Notes: generated by a model not told the origin, from the sequence alone. A DNA stretch of 64,000 bases from Candidatus Bathyarchaeia archaeon (GCA_038883655.1 JAVZLQ010000003.1:64001-128000); one strand, 5' to 3'; positions 1 to 10,129 are shown, counted from the first letter of the stretch. Translations and numbers: made by a program.

Positions 1-56
1 AAGTAGCTACTCTTAAATGAGACAAAATTTTGCTACATAAGAGTGGAAAAGAGAGC

Positions 57-908
57 ATGGCGATAATCGAAACAAAAGCTCTAACATACTCATATCCGGG
101 AACGACAAAGCCTTCAATTAGTGATATCTCCATCAAAATAGAGAAGGGCGAATTCGTATTAATAACAGGTCCAAGTGGTTGCGGAAAAACAACACTGTGC
201 AGATGCTTCAACGGGTTAATCCCGCACTTTTATCAAGGAACACTAGAAGGCGAGATTACCGTAGCAGGGCTTAAGGTTTCAGAGAACCCAACTTACGAAC
301 TAGCGAAGCACGTTGGGCTTGTATTCCAAAACCCAGAAAACCAGCTCTTTGCGTTATCAGTGGAGAAAGACGTAGCCTTTGGACTCGAAAATCTTGGAGT
401 TTCAAGGGATGAAATACGCAGAAGAGTTGACTGGGCTTTAGAGTTAACGGGCATATACGACTTAAGGGATAGACCGCCACACGAGCTTTCAGGCGGGCAA
501 CAACAACGCGTTGCCATAGCGTCAGTCTTGGCCATGCAACCAGAAGTTATGGTTTTAGACGAGCCAACATCATTCCTCGACCCCTTAAGTGCAAAGAAAA
601 TATTTGAAGTAATTTACGATTTGAACAGAAAACTGGGAATAACCGTAATTCTCGTTGAACACAGGTTGGATTTGACAGCGGCTTACGCCAACCACATCAT
701 AGTGATGGATGATGGAAAAGTGGTTTTAGATGGCGATCCGCGCGAAATTTTGAGTCTACAAGAAACGCGTCTAATTGGAATAGGAATTCCAAAGGCAACA
801 AGGCTTTACCACATGCTCAGAAACGATGGCGTAACACTTGGCAACACTATTCCGCTGTCGTCGGAGGAAATGGCAAACATGCTGAGGGGGGTTTTGAAGC
901 GCAAATGA
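57..908 (+). CDS. ecfA1: ECF transporter ATPase (EcfA1)
   Basis: Walker A GPSGCGKT, VFQNPENQ Q-loop, LSGGQQQR, LDEPT; tandem with a second ATPase and EcfT. ATG at 57 preferred to TTG at 30. Confidence 0.92.
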   Translation: MAIIETKALTYSYPGTTKPSISDISIKIEKGEFVLITGPSGCGKTTLCRCFNGLIPHFYQGTLEGEITVAGLKVSENPTYELAKHVGLVFQNPENQLFALSVEKDVAFGLENLGVSRDEIRRRVDWALELTGIYDLRDRPPHELSGGQQQRVAIASVLAMQPEVMVLDEPTSFLDPLSAKKIFEVIYDLNRKLGITVILVEHRLDLTAAYANHIIVMDDGKVVLDGDPREILSLQETRLIGIGIPKATRLYHMLRNDGVTLGNTIPLSSEEMANMLRGVLKRK

Positions 909-1729
909 TCGAAGTCGAGGATGTCTATTTCACATATCCAAACGGCGTGGAAGCCCTAAAGGGAGTATCACTAACGATAGAGAATGGAGAATTCGTGGCA
1001 ATAATGGGACAAAACGGGGCTGGAAAAACAACCCTGGTCAAGCACTTTAACGGACTACTAAAACCCACAAAGGGTAGAGTGCTCGTTGATGGAGTTGAAA
1101 CAACAAAAGTGAGCGTGGCAACACTGGCCAGAAACGTTGGATTTGTATTCCAAAACCCAGACCATCAACTCTTCAGCGAAACAGTCGAAGAAGAAATAGC
1201 CTTCGCACTGCGAAACTTTGGGTTTAAAGAAAACATAATAAAGAGACGCGTTACATGGGCGCTAAACCTTCTGGGCTTAACACAATACAGAAAAACCTCA
1301 CCGTTCATGCTGAGCGGAGGCGAAAGAAAACGTGTGGCATTAGCCTCCGTCTTGGCTTGGAACCCAAAAATACTCATTTTAGACGAGCCAACAATAGGAC
1401 AGGACTATCAGCAAAAGGAAAGACTTCGACAATTCATAATGCAAATGAAGACTCAGCGAAAAACAGTCGTAGTAGTCACACATGACGTCGAGTTTGTGGC
1501 AGAATGCAATCCAAGGGTCGTACTGATGCGAGAAGGAAAAATTGTTGCAGACGGTCCAGCAAGAGAGGTGTTGACAAATCAAGAGTTGTTAACTCAAGCA
1601 TCGATTGTTCCACCGCAGGTAACGCAGATATTTTTGCAGCTTTCAGATTTGGGATTAAAGAAGGATGTTATCGATATTTATGAAGCACGCGAGATCCTGC
1701 TCAACATTTTAGGGGGAAGAAAAACATGA
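905..1729 (+). CDS. ecfA2: ECF transporter ATPase (EcfA2)
   Basis: GQNGAGKT, FQNPDHQ, LSGGERKR, LDEPT; ATGA overlap with the previous gene. Confidence 0.92.
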   Translation: MIEVEDVYFTYPNGVEALKGVSLTIENGEFVAIMGQNGAGKTTLVKHFNGLLKPTKGRVLVDGVETTKVSVATLARNVGFVFQNPDHQLFSETVEEEIAFALRNFGFKENIIKRRVTWALNLLGLTQYRKTSPFMLSGGERKRVALASVLAWNPKILILDEPTIGQDYQQKERLRQFIMQMKTQRKTVVVVTHDVEFVAECNPRVVLMREGKIVADGPAREVLTNQELLTQASIVPPQVTQIFLQLSDLGLKKDVIDIYEAREILLNILGGRKT

Positions 1730-2514
1730 GTGTATTTGATGGCTTAAAGTTTAGGAAGGTTCACTCGCCAATCCACGATTTAGACCCCAGAATAAAATTC
1801 ACTTACGTATGTGCAATATTTGTGATAGCAATAATTTTTGGAGAACTTATCCCACTCATGGTGCTGTTTGTTATGCAAATTCCCTTCGTCCTACTAGCAA
1901 GAGTAAAACGTGAATGGATGCGCTCCATGCGTGGTGCAGCTTTCCTAGCAACAATAATTTTCCTAACAAATTTCGTGGTAACTTACTTTTTTACCCATTA
2001 CCCGCTGGCAGTAAGCCTAGAAAATGCCTCAGCATTGACATTGCGTTTTATAGTACTTGTCGAATCCTTCTCAATATTTTTCTTGACAACTTCGCCAGAC
2101 ACTTTAAGCCTAGCCCTTGAACAAACACATGTGCCATATGAGTTTACATTTGCCTTTACAACAGCGGTTCGCTTTGTTCCAGTGCTCGCCGAAGAAGCCC
2201 AAACAATAATGGATGCACAAAAGGCAAGAGGCTTGGAGCTTGAACGCGGAAACTTCCTAAAAAGAATTAGGAACTACATTCCAATATTGATACCGCTTCT
2301 AATAAGTGCCATAAGAAGAAGCCTTGAACTTGCAGAAGCCATGGAATCCCGAGCATGGGGAGCAACAAAAAAGCGTACAAACCTTTATGTTCTGAAAATG
2401 CGCAGTGAAGATTTTATTCTTCTAGCCCTAACCATTGGGATTTTAGCCGCAGCCATCTACATCCGCTTAACATTCACGATTCCTTCATTAAGCAAACTTT
2501 TAGGATTCATTTAA
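1726..2514 (+). CDS. ecfT: ECF transporter transmembrane component T
   Basis: LDPRIK N-terminus, TM helices, AQKARG and AMESRA coupling motifs. Confidence 0.92.
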   Translation: MSVFDGLKFRKVHSPIHDLDPRIKFTYVCAIFVIAIIFGELIPLMVLFVMQIPFVLLARVKREWMRSMRGAAFLATIIFLTNFVVTYFFTHYPLAVSLENASALTLRFIVLVESFSIFFLTTSPDTLSLALEQTHVPYEFTFAFTTAVRFVPVLAEEAQTIMDAQKARGLELERGNFLKRIRNYIPILIPLLISAIRRSLELAEAMESRAWGATKKRTNLYVLKMRSEDFILLALTIGILAAAIYIRLTFTIPSLSKLLGFI

Positions 2515-2545
2515 CCGCAAGACTTTTAATAGAGACACATTTGTA

Positions 2546-3169
2546 ATGGTTTTCTCGGAGCTGGAAAAATTGAAATGGTTAAAGGCGGCGGCAAACGAAA
2601 TAATTGCCGGAATAAAAAGCTCAATCGAAGAGCTAAACATGAAGGAAGTTGAAAGACTAATTGAGTTGCTTTTGGAAGCAAAAAACAAGAAAATATTCAT
2701 TGTTGGCATGGGAAGAAGCGGCTTCGTCGCAAGAGCCTTTGCACTACGCCTTATGAACCTTGGGTTCAACGTCTACTTTCTAGGCGAAACCATAACACCC
2801 GCGGCTGAGAAAGGCGACTTATTAATAGCCATTTCAGGAACAGGCTCAACAAAAATGGTCTTAACAGCCAGCGCAGCGGCGAAGGAAATAGGCGCAACAG
2901 TAATTGCCATAACATCGTTTCCCGAGTCTCAGCTTGGAAGGATGGCAGACCACATCGTAACTGTGAAGGGAAGAACGAAAACTGGGTGGCCGCGAGAAGA
3001 GGATTATTTGGCTAGGCAAATTATGGGCGAGAGGGAACCCCTAACTCCGCTTGGAAGCGTCTTCGAGAACAACTGTATGGTCTTTTTAGACAGCCTTGTC
3101 GTCGAATTGATGCATAGGATGGGACGGACGGAAGAGGATTTAAGACGTAGGCACGCAACAATAGAATAA
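2546..3169 (+). CDS. hxlB: 6-phospho-3-hexuloisomerase (SIS domain)
   Basis: GMGRSG, AFALRLMNLG, GETITP, ISGTGST, PLGSVFE, C-terminal RHATIE. Confidence 0.9.
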   Translation: MVFSELEKLKWLKAAANEIIAGIKSSIEELNMKEVERLIELLLEAKNKKIFIVGMGRSGFVARAFALRLMNLGFNVYFLGETITPAAEKGDLLIAISGTGSTKMVLTASAAAKEIGATVIAITSFPESQLGRMADHIVTVKGRTKTGWPREEDYLARQIMGEREPLTPLGSVFENNCMVFLDSLVVELMHRMGRTEEDLRRRHATIE

Positions 3170-3195
3170 GCGTGTGCTTATGGAGCGTGTGGAAG

Positions 3196-3273
3196 ATACG
3201 GGCTAAATGGAAAAAGAAGAGGATGAAGAGGCAGAAGAAAAAGCGGCAGAAGAGAAGAGCGCGGTACAAGTAG
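3196..3273 (+). CDS. rpl41e: Ribosomal protein eL41 (eS32), not in ORF track
   Basis: Translates to (I/M)RAKWKKKRMKRQKKKRQKRRARYK*, aligning with eukaryotic [25 protein letters not shown]. Start is ATA at 3196 or an in-frame GTG at 3187/3172. GGAG at 3182-3185; T-rich tract follows. Confidence 0.85.
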   Translation: MRAKWKKKRMKRQKKKRQKRRARYK

Positions 3274-3276
3274 GGC

Positions 3277-3335
3277 TTATTTTTAAGGTCTTCTTTTGTT
3301 CTGGATTTAATTTTGTTTAGGTTTTGTTTGTTTTA
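3277..3335 (+). terminator. Oligo-T terminator region after eL41
   Basis: Several T-runs (ttattttt, tcttcttttgtt, ttttgtttgtttt) directly after the stop codon. Confidence 0.55.
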
Positions 3336-3436
3336 GTGTTAAGCTGGGTAAGGATTAGGCATGCATATAGCTTATTAAGACTTACTACAAACTATATTTG
3401 GAGGAAACTACACCACACTCTAAAAGGGAAGGTGTA

Positions 3437-4999
3437 ATGCCAAGAAAACCAAAGACCACAGAGCAAACCGAACAAGCAGAAGTAGGTATAATAATAAAGG
3501 AGGAAAGACCAAAAAAACCAACGACGTTCAGGGAAGTTTACCCAATAAAAGAACCATATGTTTATGCAGCTATAGTCAAAAACCCGGAAACCCAAAAAAT
3601 AATGTATGAGGTTATAGAACCAACGCTGCAAAAAGAGGAGGAACAAAAACTACAAGAAATAAAGCGGTTTTTGATGGAAGAGGTTGACGTAAACCTAAAA
3701 GACATAGAAACAAGAGAAAAGGCGGAAAACTACCTAATAGCGAAAACGAAAGAAATAATCAAAAAGTATCGCCTAAAAGTTCCGCAGGAAGCAATAGACA
3801 AACTCACATACTACATTGTAAGGGATTTCGTAGGTTATGGAAAAATAGACCCATTAATGAAAGACCACCTTATAGAGGATATATCGGCAGACGGCGTAAA
3901 CATACCAATATACGTTTGGCACAGAGTTTACGAGTCCTTGCCAACAAACATAATATTCGGGGATGAAGCAGAACTAAACTCATTCATAGTACGCCTCGCA
4001 TACCTCTCTGGAAAAAACATATCAATAGCATCGCCGATTCTTGACGCCTCGCTTCCAGACGGCAGCAGAATACAACTAACTTATGGAAACGAGGTTACGC
4101 GTAGAGGCTCAACATTCACAATTCGACGTTTCAGAGTCGACCCACTAACAATCTCAGACTTAATCGCCTTCAACACAATCTCCTCAGAGATGGCTGCCTA
4201 CCTCTGGTACATAATAGAAAACAGAGCATCAATAATTGTGGCTGGAGGGGTCGCAGCTGGAAAAACGACAATGCTGAACTGCCTCTCGATGTTCATAAAG
4301 CCAGAAATGAAAATAGTAAGCGTAGAAGACACGCAAGAGCTTAACCTACCACACGAAAACTGGATACCCTCAGTCGTACGCCTAGGATTTGGACATGAAG
4401 ACAAACGAAGCGGCACAATAACACTTTTTGACTTGTTAAAAGCGGCTGTTAGGCAAAGACCAGACTACATAATAGTGGGTGAAGTCCGCGGTGAAGAAGC
4501 CTACACGCTTTTTCAGGCCATGGCAACTGGACACTTAGGAATGAGTACAATACACGCTGAGTCTGTTGAAGCCGTGATAAATAGGCTTGAATCCGAACCG
4601 ATGAATATTCCCAAGTCGCTTATAGCCATGACAGACGTCATAATGGTTATGACCAGAACAGAAATCGAAGGAAGACCAGCCAGAAGGGCAACGACAACAA
4701 CAGAAGTCGTCGAGTTTGACCGCAAAAAGAAAAGTATTGTAACCGAGGATGTTTTTCGCTGGAATCCACATGAGGATAAATTCGTCTTTTCTGGTCGCAG
4801 TATGCTTTTAGAGGAGCACATGCACAAAATGGGCGTAAGTGAGGATGATGTTAGACGCGAACTGCATAGAAGAAAGACTGTCTTAGAATGGATGGTTCGC
4901 GAGGGAATAAGGCGCTACACAGACGTGGCAAATGTGATTCGCGAGTATTATGCAAATCCGAATCGCATCTTCCAGAAGGCAAGGGTCGGACTTAAATGA
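3437..4999 (+). CDS. Type IV pilus/type II secretion ATPase (FlaI/TadA family)
   Basis: Walker A GGVAAGKTT, SVEDTQEL Asp box, RQRPDYIIVGEVRG Walker B, TGH..STIHA His box. Confidence 0.92.
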   Translation: MPRKPKTTEQTEQAEVGIIIKEERPKKPTTFREVYPIKEPYVYAAIVKNPETQKIMYEVIEPTLQKEEEQKLQEIKRFLMEEVDVNLKDIETREKAENYLIAKTKEIIKKYRLKVPQEAIDKLTYYIVRDFVGYGKIDPLMKDHLIEDISADGVNIPIYVWHRVYESLPTNIIFGDEAELNSFIVRLAYLSGKNISIASPILDASLPDGSRIQLTYGNEVTRRGSTFTIRRFRVDPLTISDLIAFNTISSEMAAYLWYIIENRASIIVAGGVAAGKTTMLNCLSMFIKPEMKIVSVEDTQELNLPHENWIPSVVRLGFGHEDKRSGTITLFDLLKAAVRQRPDYIIVGEVRGEEAYTLFQAMATGHLGMSTIHAESVEAVINRLESEPMNIPKSLIAMTDVIMVMTRTEIEGRPARRATTTTEVVEFDRKKKSIVTEDVFRWNPHEDKFVFSGRSMLLEEHMHKMGVSEDDVRRELHRRKTVLEWMVREGIRRYTDVANVIREYYANPNRIFQKARVGLK

Positions 5000-5982
5000 G
5001 CACAAGCAAGGTTATAGAAAAAATTAAGCAATTTTGCACACACTTAAGAATGCTTTTTAAAAACTCCACAAGCGAAAAATCTGTGGCCAAGCCCGACGAG
5101 CCGCAGAAAATAGAGTTTTATTCGATGGCATACAAGTTTATTGGAGAAAAAATTGAGCAATTATTGCCGCTTTTCAAAGATTTAGACCTGAATTTGCAAA
5201 AGTCTGGGATTAGAGTAAGCTTCAAAGCCTACGTTAGTTTAACAATTTTTACGGCAATTCTGCTACCAGTGGTTGCATTAGCGATAATTCCGTCGATACT
5301 TTTCTTCGGTTTTAGGGTTCCGCTAATACCTTCGTTCATGTTCGGTGTTGGCGGGGGACTATTTGCTTGTGCCTTTTCTATAATTGGCTTTTACGTTTAC
5401 CCGGTTTACCGTGCAGACAAGATTAAGAGAGATTTGGAGGACGAGTTGCCGTTTACAACTGGTTATATGGCGATTCTCTCAAGTGCGGGCGTTTCTCCAG
5501 AAAAAATTTTCTATTCACTTTCAAACTTGAACCCGCCACTGGCAATAACAAGCGAAGCGAAAAACATCGTCAGAAACATAAACCTATTCGGTTTAGACGT
5601 TATTTCCGCCCTTGAAGAAACTTCTAGGCTAACGCCATCTGAAAGGTTCCGCGAAATGCTTGAAGGCTTCATTTCAACAATACATTCTGGCGGCAATTTG
5701 GCGCGTTTCCTCCGCGAAAAATCCATGCAGTACATGAAGCTAAAGAGGATTAGCCTACGCAAATTTTCAGACACGCTATCAATCCTTTCAGAGTTTTATG
5801 TGGCTTTGCTTGTGACTGGACCACTGCTTTTGGTTATTATGCTTGCGGTTATGAGCATGCTCGGCGGAGGATTAGGCGCGTTAGGTCCAGACATTCTGCT
5901 TAACATCTTAACTTACATTGGAATACCCTTGGGCTCCATAATGTTCCTGATAATTTTGGATGCTGTATCACCTAAATGGTAG
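4996..5982 (+). CDS. Type II secretion F-domain membrane platform protein (TadC/FlaJ-like)
   Basis: ELPF..YMAILSSAG, TPS..F..L..I.SGG motifs, multiple TMs; follows the ATPase. Confidence 0.85.
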   Translation: MSTSKVIEKIKQFCTHLRMLFKNSTSEKSVAKPDEPQKIEFYSMAYKFIGEKIEQLLPLFKDLDLNLQKSGIRVSFKAYVSLTIFTAILLPVVALAIIPSILFFGFRVPLIPSFMFGVGGGLFACAFSIIGFYVYPVYRADKIKRDLEDELPFTTGYMAILSSAGVSPEKIFYSLSNLNPPLAITSEAKNIVRNINLFGLDVISALEETSRLTPSERFREMLEGFISTIHSGGNLARFLREKSMQYMKLKRISLRKFSDTLSILSEFYVALLVTGPLLLVIMLAVMSMLGGGLGALGPDILLNILTYIGIPLGSIMFLIILDAVSPKW

Positions 5983-5988
5983 AGGAAA

Positions 5989-6804
5989 ATGCCAAAAATA
6001 AGCGCACAAGATAAAAAGTTGACGTGGGCGACCTCAATTTTAATAGCTGCTGCCATGGTTGTTTTTGCATTTTTCAACTTCTGGGGAGCAAGAACGTTTG
6101 ACGAGTTCATGTTCTTCGCCTTGATAATTGGTATTTTTCCACCAGCAATCTTGAATTACATCGAGTTTAAATGGAGAAAAGCCATAGATGAGCATCTGCC
6201 AGACCTTTTCAGAAGCATAGTTCAAGCTCAAGAAACGGGAATGACGCTCCCACAAGCCTTGGAAGAAGCATCAAAAAGAAACTATGGGCCGCTGACAAGC
6301 GAGTTGAAGAAGATGACGACGCAGATTTCCTGGGGCATGACCTTTGAAGAGGCCCTTTTAGCCTTGGGGAAACGCGTTAACACCGTGCTTGTGCAGAGAA
6401 CAGTGCCACTTATAATTGAGGCAAGCCGTTCTGGCGGGCATGTGGAAAAGGTTTTTGAACCAACCGGCAAATTCATACAGACAACACTCTTATTGGATAA
6501 AGAGAGACGGAACCAGACGCGCCCCTACATTGCAATAATTTATGTAGCCTACTTCGTCTTCCTCTTCACGGTAATACTCCTCTTCAAGTCATTCTTCGCA
6601 AGTATAGAGGGGCTGCCAACACTTGGAACTGCCGTAATAGCTCCAGAAGAGATGAAGCGCCTATTCTTCCACATGACGGTGGTCCAAGCACTGTTCGGGG
6701 GGCTCATCGCTGGAAAGATGGGTGAAGGCGCGGTAAGCGCGGGCTTAAAACACAGCCTAATAATGATGATCAGCGGCTACTTGGCCCTAAAACTTTTCCT
6801 TTGA
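5989..6804 (+). CDS. Second type II secretion F-domain membrane protein (TadB/C-like)
   Basis: LPDLFR...ETGMTLPQAL, YGPL, QISWG, GLIAGKMGEG. Confidence 0.85.
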   Translation: MPKISAQDKKLTWATSILIAAAMVVFAFFNFWGARTFDEFMFFALIIGIFPPAILNYIEFKWRKAIDEHLPDLFRSIVQAQETGMTLPQALEEASKRNYGPLTSELKKMTTQISWGMTFEEALLALGKRVNTVLVQRTVPLIIEASRSGGHVEKVFEPTGKFIQTTLLLDKERRNQTRPYIAIIYVAYFVFLFTVILLFKSFFASIEGLPTLGTAVIAPEEMKRLFFHMTVVQALFGGLIAGKMGEGAVSAGLKHSLIMMISGYLALKLFL

Positions 6805-6813
6805 GGTGAAAGC

Positions 6814-7233
6814 ATGGCGAATAAAAGAGGGTTTTTTGAGGATAAAAAGGCTATAACTCCGGTGCTCAGCAACCTTTTACTAACAGTTGTGGCAGTGGCA
6901 GCAATGGCAATCGCTACAACAGCCACATACGTGATCACAACAAACCTTCGTGAAACAATTGGTGAACGTGTCATAGTAGAGGATGTTTGGTTTAACAATT
7001 CGACTGGCAGCATCCACATTTACATGCGAAACATCGGAAGAGTCGCCGTCGAAGTTTCGGGGCTATACATAAACCACACAGCACAGTCTTTCAGTCAGCC
7101 CTTCCGTTTAGAACTGGGCGAACATAAGTGGCTTAATATTTCAGGTTATGTTTGGACAAGTGGAAGCCTATACTATATAGACGTTGTTACAAAGAGGGGA
7201 ACTCACATTGCAGAGTATTACAAGGCACCTTGA
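6814..7233 (+). CDS. Archaeal type IV pilin (class III signal peptide)
   Basis: KKA|ITPVLSNLLLTVVAV prepilin-type N-terminus; RNIG...VVTKRG pilin-domain motifs; GAGGTG SD. Confidence 0.8.
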   Translation: MANKRGFFEDKKAITPVLSNLLLTVVAVAAMAIATTATYVITTNLRETIGERVIVEDVWFNNSTGSIHIYMRNIGRVAVEVSGLYINHTAQSFSQPFRLELGEHKWLNISGYVWTSGSLYYIDVVTKRGTHIAEYYKAP

Positions 7234-9010
7234 ACGGTTCAAGAAAGCAAGCGATGGCGTAAGCAACGTGATAGTAGTAATGCTAAGCCTGATTTTGATA
7301 ACGCTTATAGTCTCAAACGTGGTTTTATGGAGCTACCAAATGAACCAGTTCGACCTAGAAAGAATACAGGAAAGCATAAAAGTCGAAAATGTAATACGCA
7401 TTACCAATTCGCCATGGTTTACAACAAATAGCGAATACACAATTTTTATTGGTAGCAGAAACGGAACACACGTAGAGACACATGCTATTGACGGGGCTTA
7501 TGAAAGCTTTATGGAAGAAAACGGCTACATTTACAACCCATCCACGTATAACCCCATAGACTCAACACAATATGTTTCTGGCTCGCTAGCAGATTTAAAA
7601 AACGATGATGATGCGTACCTGACCTTTAGAAGTTACGCCTCGCAAAACATAACGGGCAGTTTTGGCAACACGGTTCAAGGTTCAAATTATACGACTGTTG
7701 GTGCGAACGTCATGTATGGAAGCCTTTTCACATCGCCCCCAGCAACCGTAGTTGCGAAAAACATAACGTTCTACGGCAGAAGCACTTCTCAAACTAGAAA
7801 CGTTAAATGCTTGATTGTTCGGCACAGCGACCTAAAAATAATCGCAATAACGAATCCCGTGTCAATCACAACAACGGCACAATGGTGGACCGCCATTTTC
7901 CCATATCCACCAACCCTAACGCCTAATACAGAGTACCTCTTAATGATAATACCAAACGCGCAGGTCAGATTTTACTACACGACAAGCTCAACCAACCAAG
8001 GATACTATGATACGACTAACAGTTATGCTTCACCAACAGACCCAACGGATGCCTTGAACAATCTTAATCGGTATAGCATTTACTGCAATTATGAACAACC
8101 AGTCGAGTATACTGTTGAAGTGGAGTTTGCTGGAGCATCAAACATGGAAAATTGGACAAGCATAACATGGAAAGTCACCAGTTCTTTTACAGCGGACAAC
8201 GTGAACGTAACATTACAATTATTCAATTACCAGACTAACAGTTATCCAGAAGACGGAGACGGCCATATATCATACGTTTCAAGCGCAATTCCAAACGTTG
8301 ATGAAACGAAAATGCAAACAATAACCGCAAACGCAACGCGCTTTAGGGATAGTTCAAGCAATTGGAAACTGAGGATCAAAGGAGTTAAAGCAACCAATAC
8401 ACAGTTTGATTTAAAATTGGATTTGACGGAATTAAAGCCCGAAATGCAAGATGCTTATGCCCTTAGCATAATTGGCGACTTTGCCATTGACACTAAAAAT
8501 TATCCGATTGCATACATTGAAGCGCTTGAAATTCAAATAAGCCTAAGAGCAAATGACACTATGGAAAATTGGTTTTTGAAAGTTTATAATTGGACAAGCA
8601 CAGAATTCAGCGATGCAATTGAAATGACCTTGACAACAGATTTCACGGATTACGCAGTTAACATAACAGGAAATTGGCAAAGCTTCATTAACGGTGAAGG
8701 TGTAATTCGGATAATGTTCTGCGATGCTAGCCTAGACGCAAACCAAACAACTGTTGATATAGATTTCTTCGCTGTAAGAACAAAAGTTGATGGTGCACAG
8801 TTCAGCGTTAAAAATTCTGGGTCGGCAACGGCTCACATAGTTTCTATATGGGTTATTGATTCAGCGGTTCATAGGCGTTATGAAGCGAATTATTTCGTAA
8901 ATATAGGTGAAGTAGCCACATGCATAAGGGCGGACATAAAGCTTCCAGAAGGAAATTTCATAGTCAAAGTTGTTACTGAAAGGGGAAATATCGCAGTTTT
9001 TACCCTCTAA
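7184..9010 (+). CDS. Large minor pilin/adhesin with inserted beta-rich domains
   Basis: KKASDG|VSNVIVVMLSLILI class III-like signal, C-terminal KNSG...KVVTERGN pilin half, many N-x-S/T sequons. Start may be TTG at 7208. Confidence 0.7.
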   Translation: MLQRGELTLQSITRHLERFKKASDGVSNVIVVMLSLILITLIVSNVVLWSYQMNQFDLERIQESIKVENVIRITNSPWFTTNSEYTIFIGSRNGTHVETHAIDGAYESFMEENGYIYNPSTYNPIDSTQYVSGSLADLKNDDDAYLTFRSYASQNITGSFGNTVQGSNYTTVGANVMYGSLFTSPPATVVAKNITFYGRSTSQTRNVKCLIVRHSDLKIIAITNPVSITTTAQWWTAIFPYPPTLTPNTEYLLMIIPNAQVRFYYTTSSTNQGYYDTTNSYASPTDPTDALNNLNRYSIYCNYEQPVEYTVEVEFAGASNMENWTSITWKVTSSFTADNVNVTLQLFNYQTNSYPEDGDGHISYVSSAIPNVDETKMQTITANATRFRDSSSNWKLRIKGVKATNTQFDLKLDLTELKPEMQDAYALSIIGDFAIDTKNYPIAYIEALEIQISLRANDTMENWFLKVYNWTSTEFSDAIEMTLTTDFTDYAVNITGNWQSFINGEGVIRIMFCDASLDANQTTVDIDFFAVRTKVDGAQFSVKNSGSATAHIVSIWVIDSAVHRRYEANYFVNIGEVATCIRADIKLPEGNFIVKVVTERGNIAVFTL

Positions 9011-10025
9011 CCATTTCTTCTTTTAAGGCTTTTATCGCTTCTTTCTGATTTTTAACCTCCAAAACATGAATGTTATAGAGTTCAGCCATTTTTTTTCCAT
9101 TATCATTTATTTTTGGAATAGCAATCAAGTAGGCGCGATCTGGAGAAACATCAAATATTTTTGCGAATAAAGCGATAACTGGTTGTTCAGAAACAATATC
9201 TTCAACAGCCATTGCCACGTCAATAACAGTCAATTTTTTGATGGTTTTTCCTTCATAAGCTACTATGTCAAACATGTGATTTGCCCCAGACTTGCCTTTC
9301 AAAAAGGCTGGGCTTTCAACTTCAAAACCATTTTCTAGTAGAAAGTCCCTAATTGGAGCGATTATAACCCATCCGCGTGCTGCCTCCTCCCTTGCCTCCT
9401 CCCTTAACGTGTAAGCATAAACATCCTTTATCACGGCATCTTCAAAAGTGAAGGCTATGTGGCAATCTCTGCAAAAATGCGCCACAACCGGGATGTCAAA
9501 ACTCTTCTTGCAGTCCTTGCATGTACACCACGTTCCAGCCCTACGATAATCAACGTCCGGCTTTTTCAGCTCTTCGTGGCATTTTGGGCATACAAGCTTG
9601 TTTCCCTTTTTATAATTTTCCTCGACATCCATATAGCCGCATTTAACATGTTCAATCAATGCGCTTCTCTGAATGTCAAACGATTTACAGTAGACACAAC
9701 AATAGCGCACTGAAATATTCGCGGAGCCGCATTTTGGACAGTAAATGATTTTGTCGTAAAGCCGCCTCTCAAGTATACCCGCATCATAAAGCCTATTCAA
9801 AAAAGCTTCTGCACCACGAACATCACCAACAATTGCTTCGACAATTGGATAATAATATCCCACTTTGGGGTCATAAACAGGTTCAAGCTCTGTTATTTCC
9901 TCACTCAGAAATTTGTTTAAGAAAACCTGCGTATTACGATCTTTGTAAAGTTCCAAACGCTCCAACTTATCGGGTTTAAGCATCCCTTTCCCAGACTGAA
10001 GACGCTTTAAACTGACTAATGACAC
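9000..10025 (-). CDS. TackOD1-like multi-Zn-ribbon protein with C-terminal restriction-endonuclease-like domain
   Basis: CPKC, CVYC, EHVKCG, CPKC, CKDC, CRDC; C-terminal GKSGANHMFDIVA...IDV. Confidence 0.6.
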   Translation of the reverse strand: MSLVSLKRLQSGKGMLKPDKLERLELYKDRNTQVFLNKFLSEEITELEPVYDPKVGYYYPIVEAIVGDVRGAEAFLNRLYDAGILERRLYDKIIYCPKCGSANISVRYCCVYCKSFDIQRSALIEHVKCGYMDVEENYKKGNKLVCPKCHEELKKPDVDYRRAGTWCTCKDCKKSFDIPVVAHFCRDCHIAFTFEDAVIKDVYAYTLREEAREEAARGWVIIAPIRDFLLENGFEVESPAFLKGKSGANHMFDIVAYEGKTIKKLTVIDVAMAVEDIVSEQPVIALFAKIFDVSPDRAYLIAIPKINDNGKKMAELYNIHVLEVKNQKEAIKALKEEMVRG

Positions 10026-10129
10026 TATAACCTAATGATATTTAATGATTTATTTTTTAAGATTTTCACATAAACTTTAAAGGCACCTACAAACTTGATT
10101 TAGTTAGAACAAAGCGGAAAGTAGGTTAA

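Noticed and set aside
3207-3320. Alternative acidic ORF MEKEEDEEAEEKAAEEK... over the eL41 locus
   Set aside because: The other frame matches eL41 in register and stops before the T-tract, while this frame runs into the terminator.
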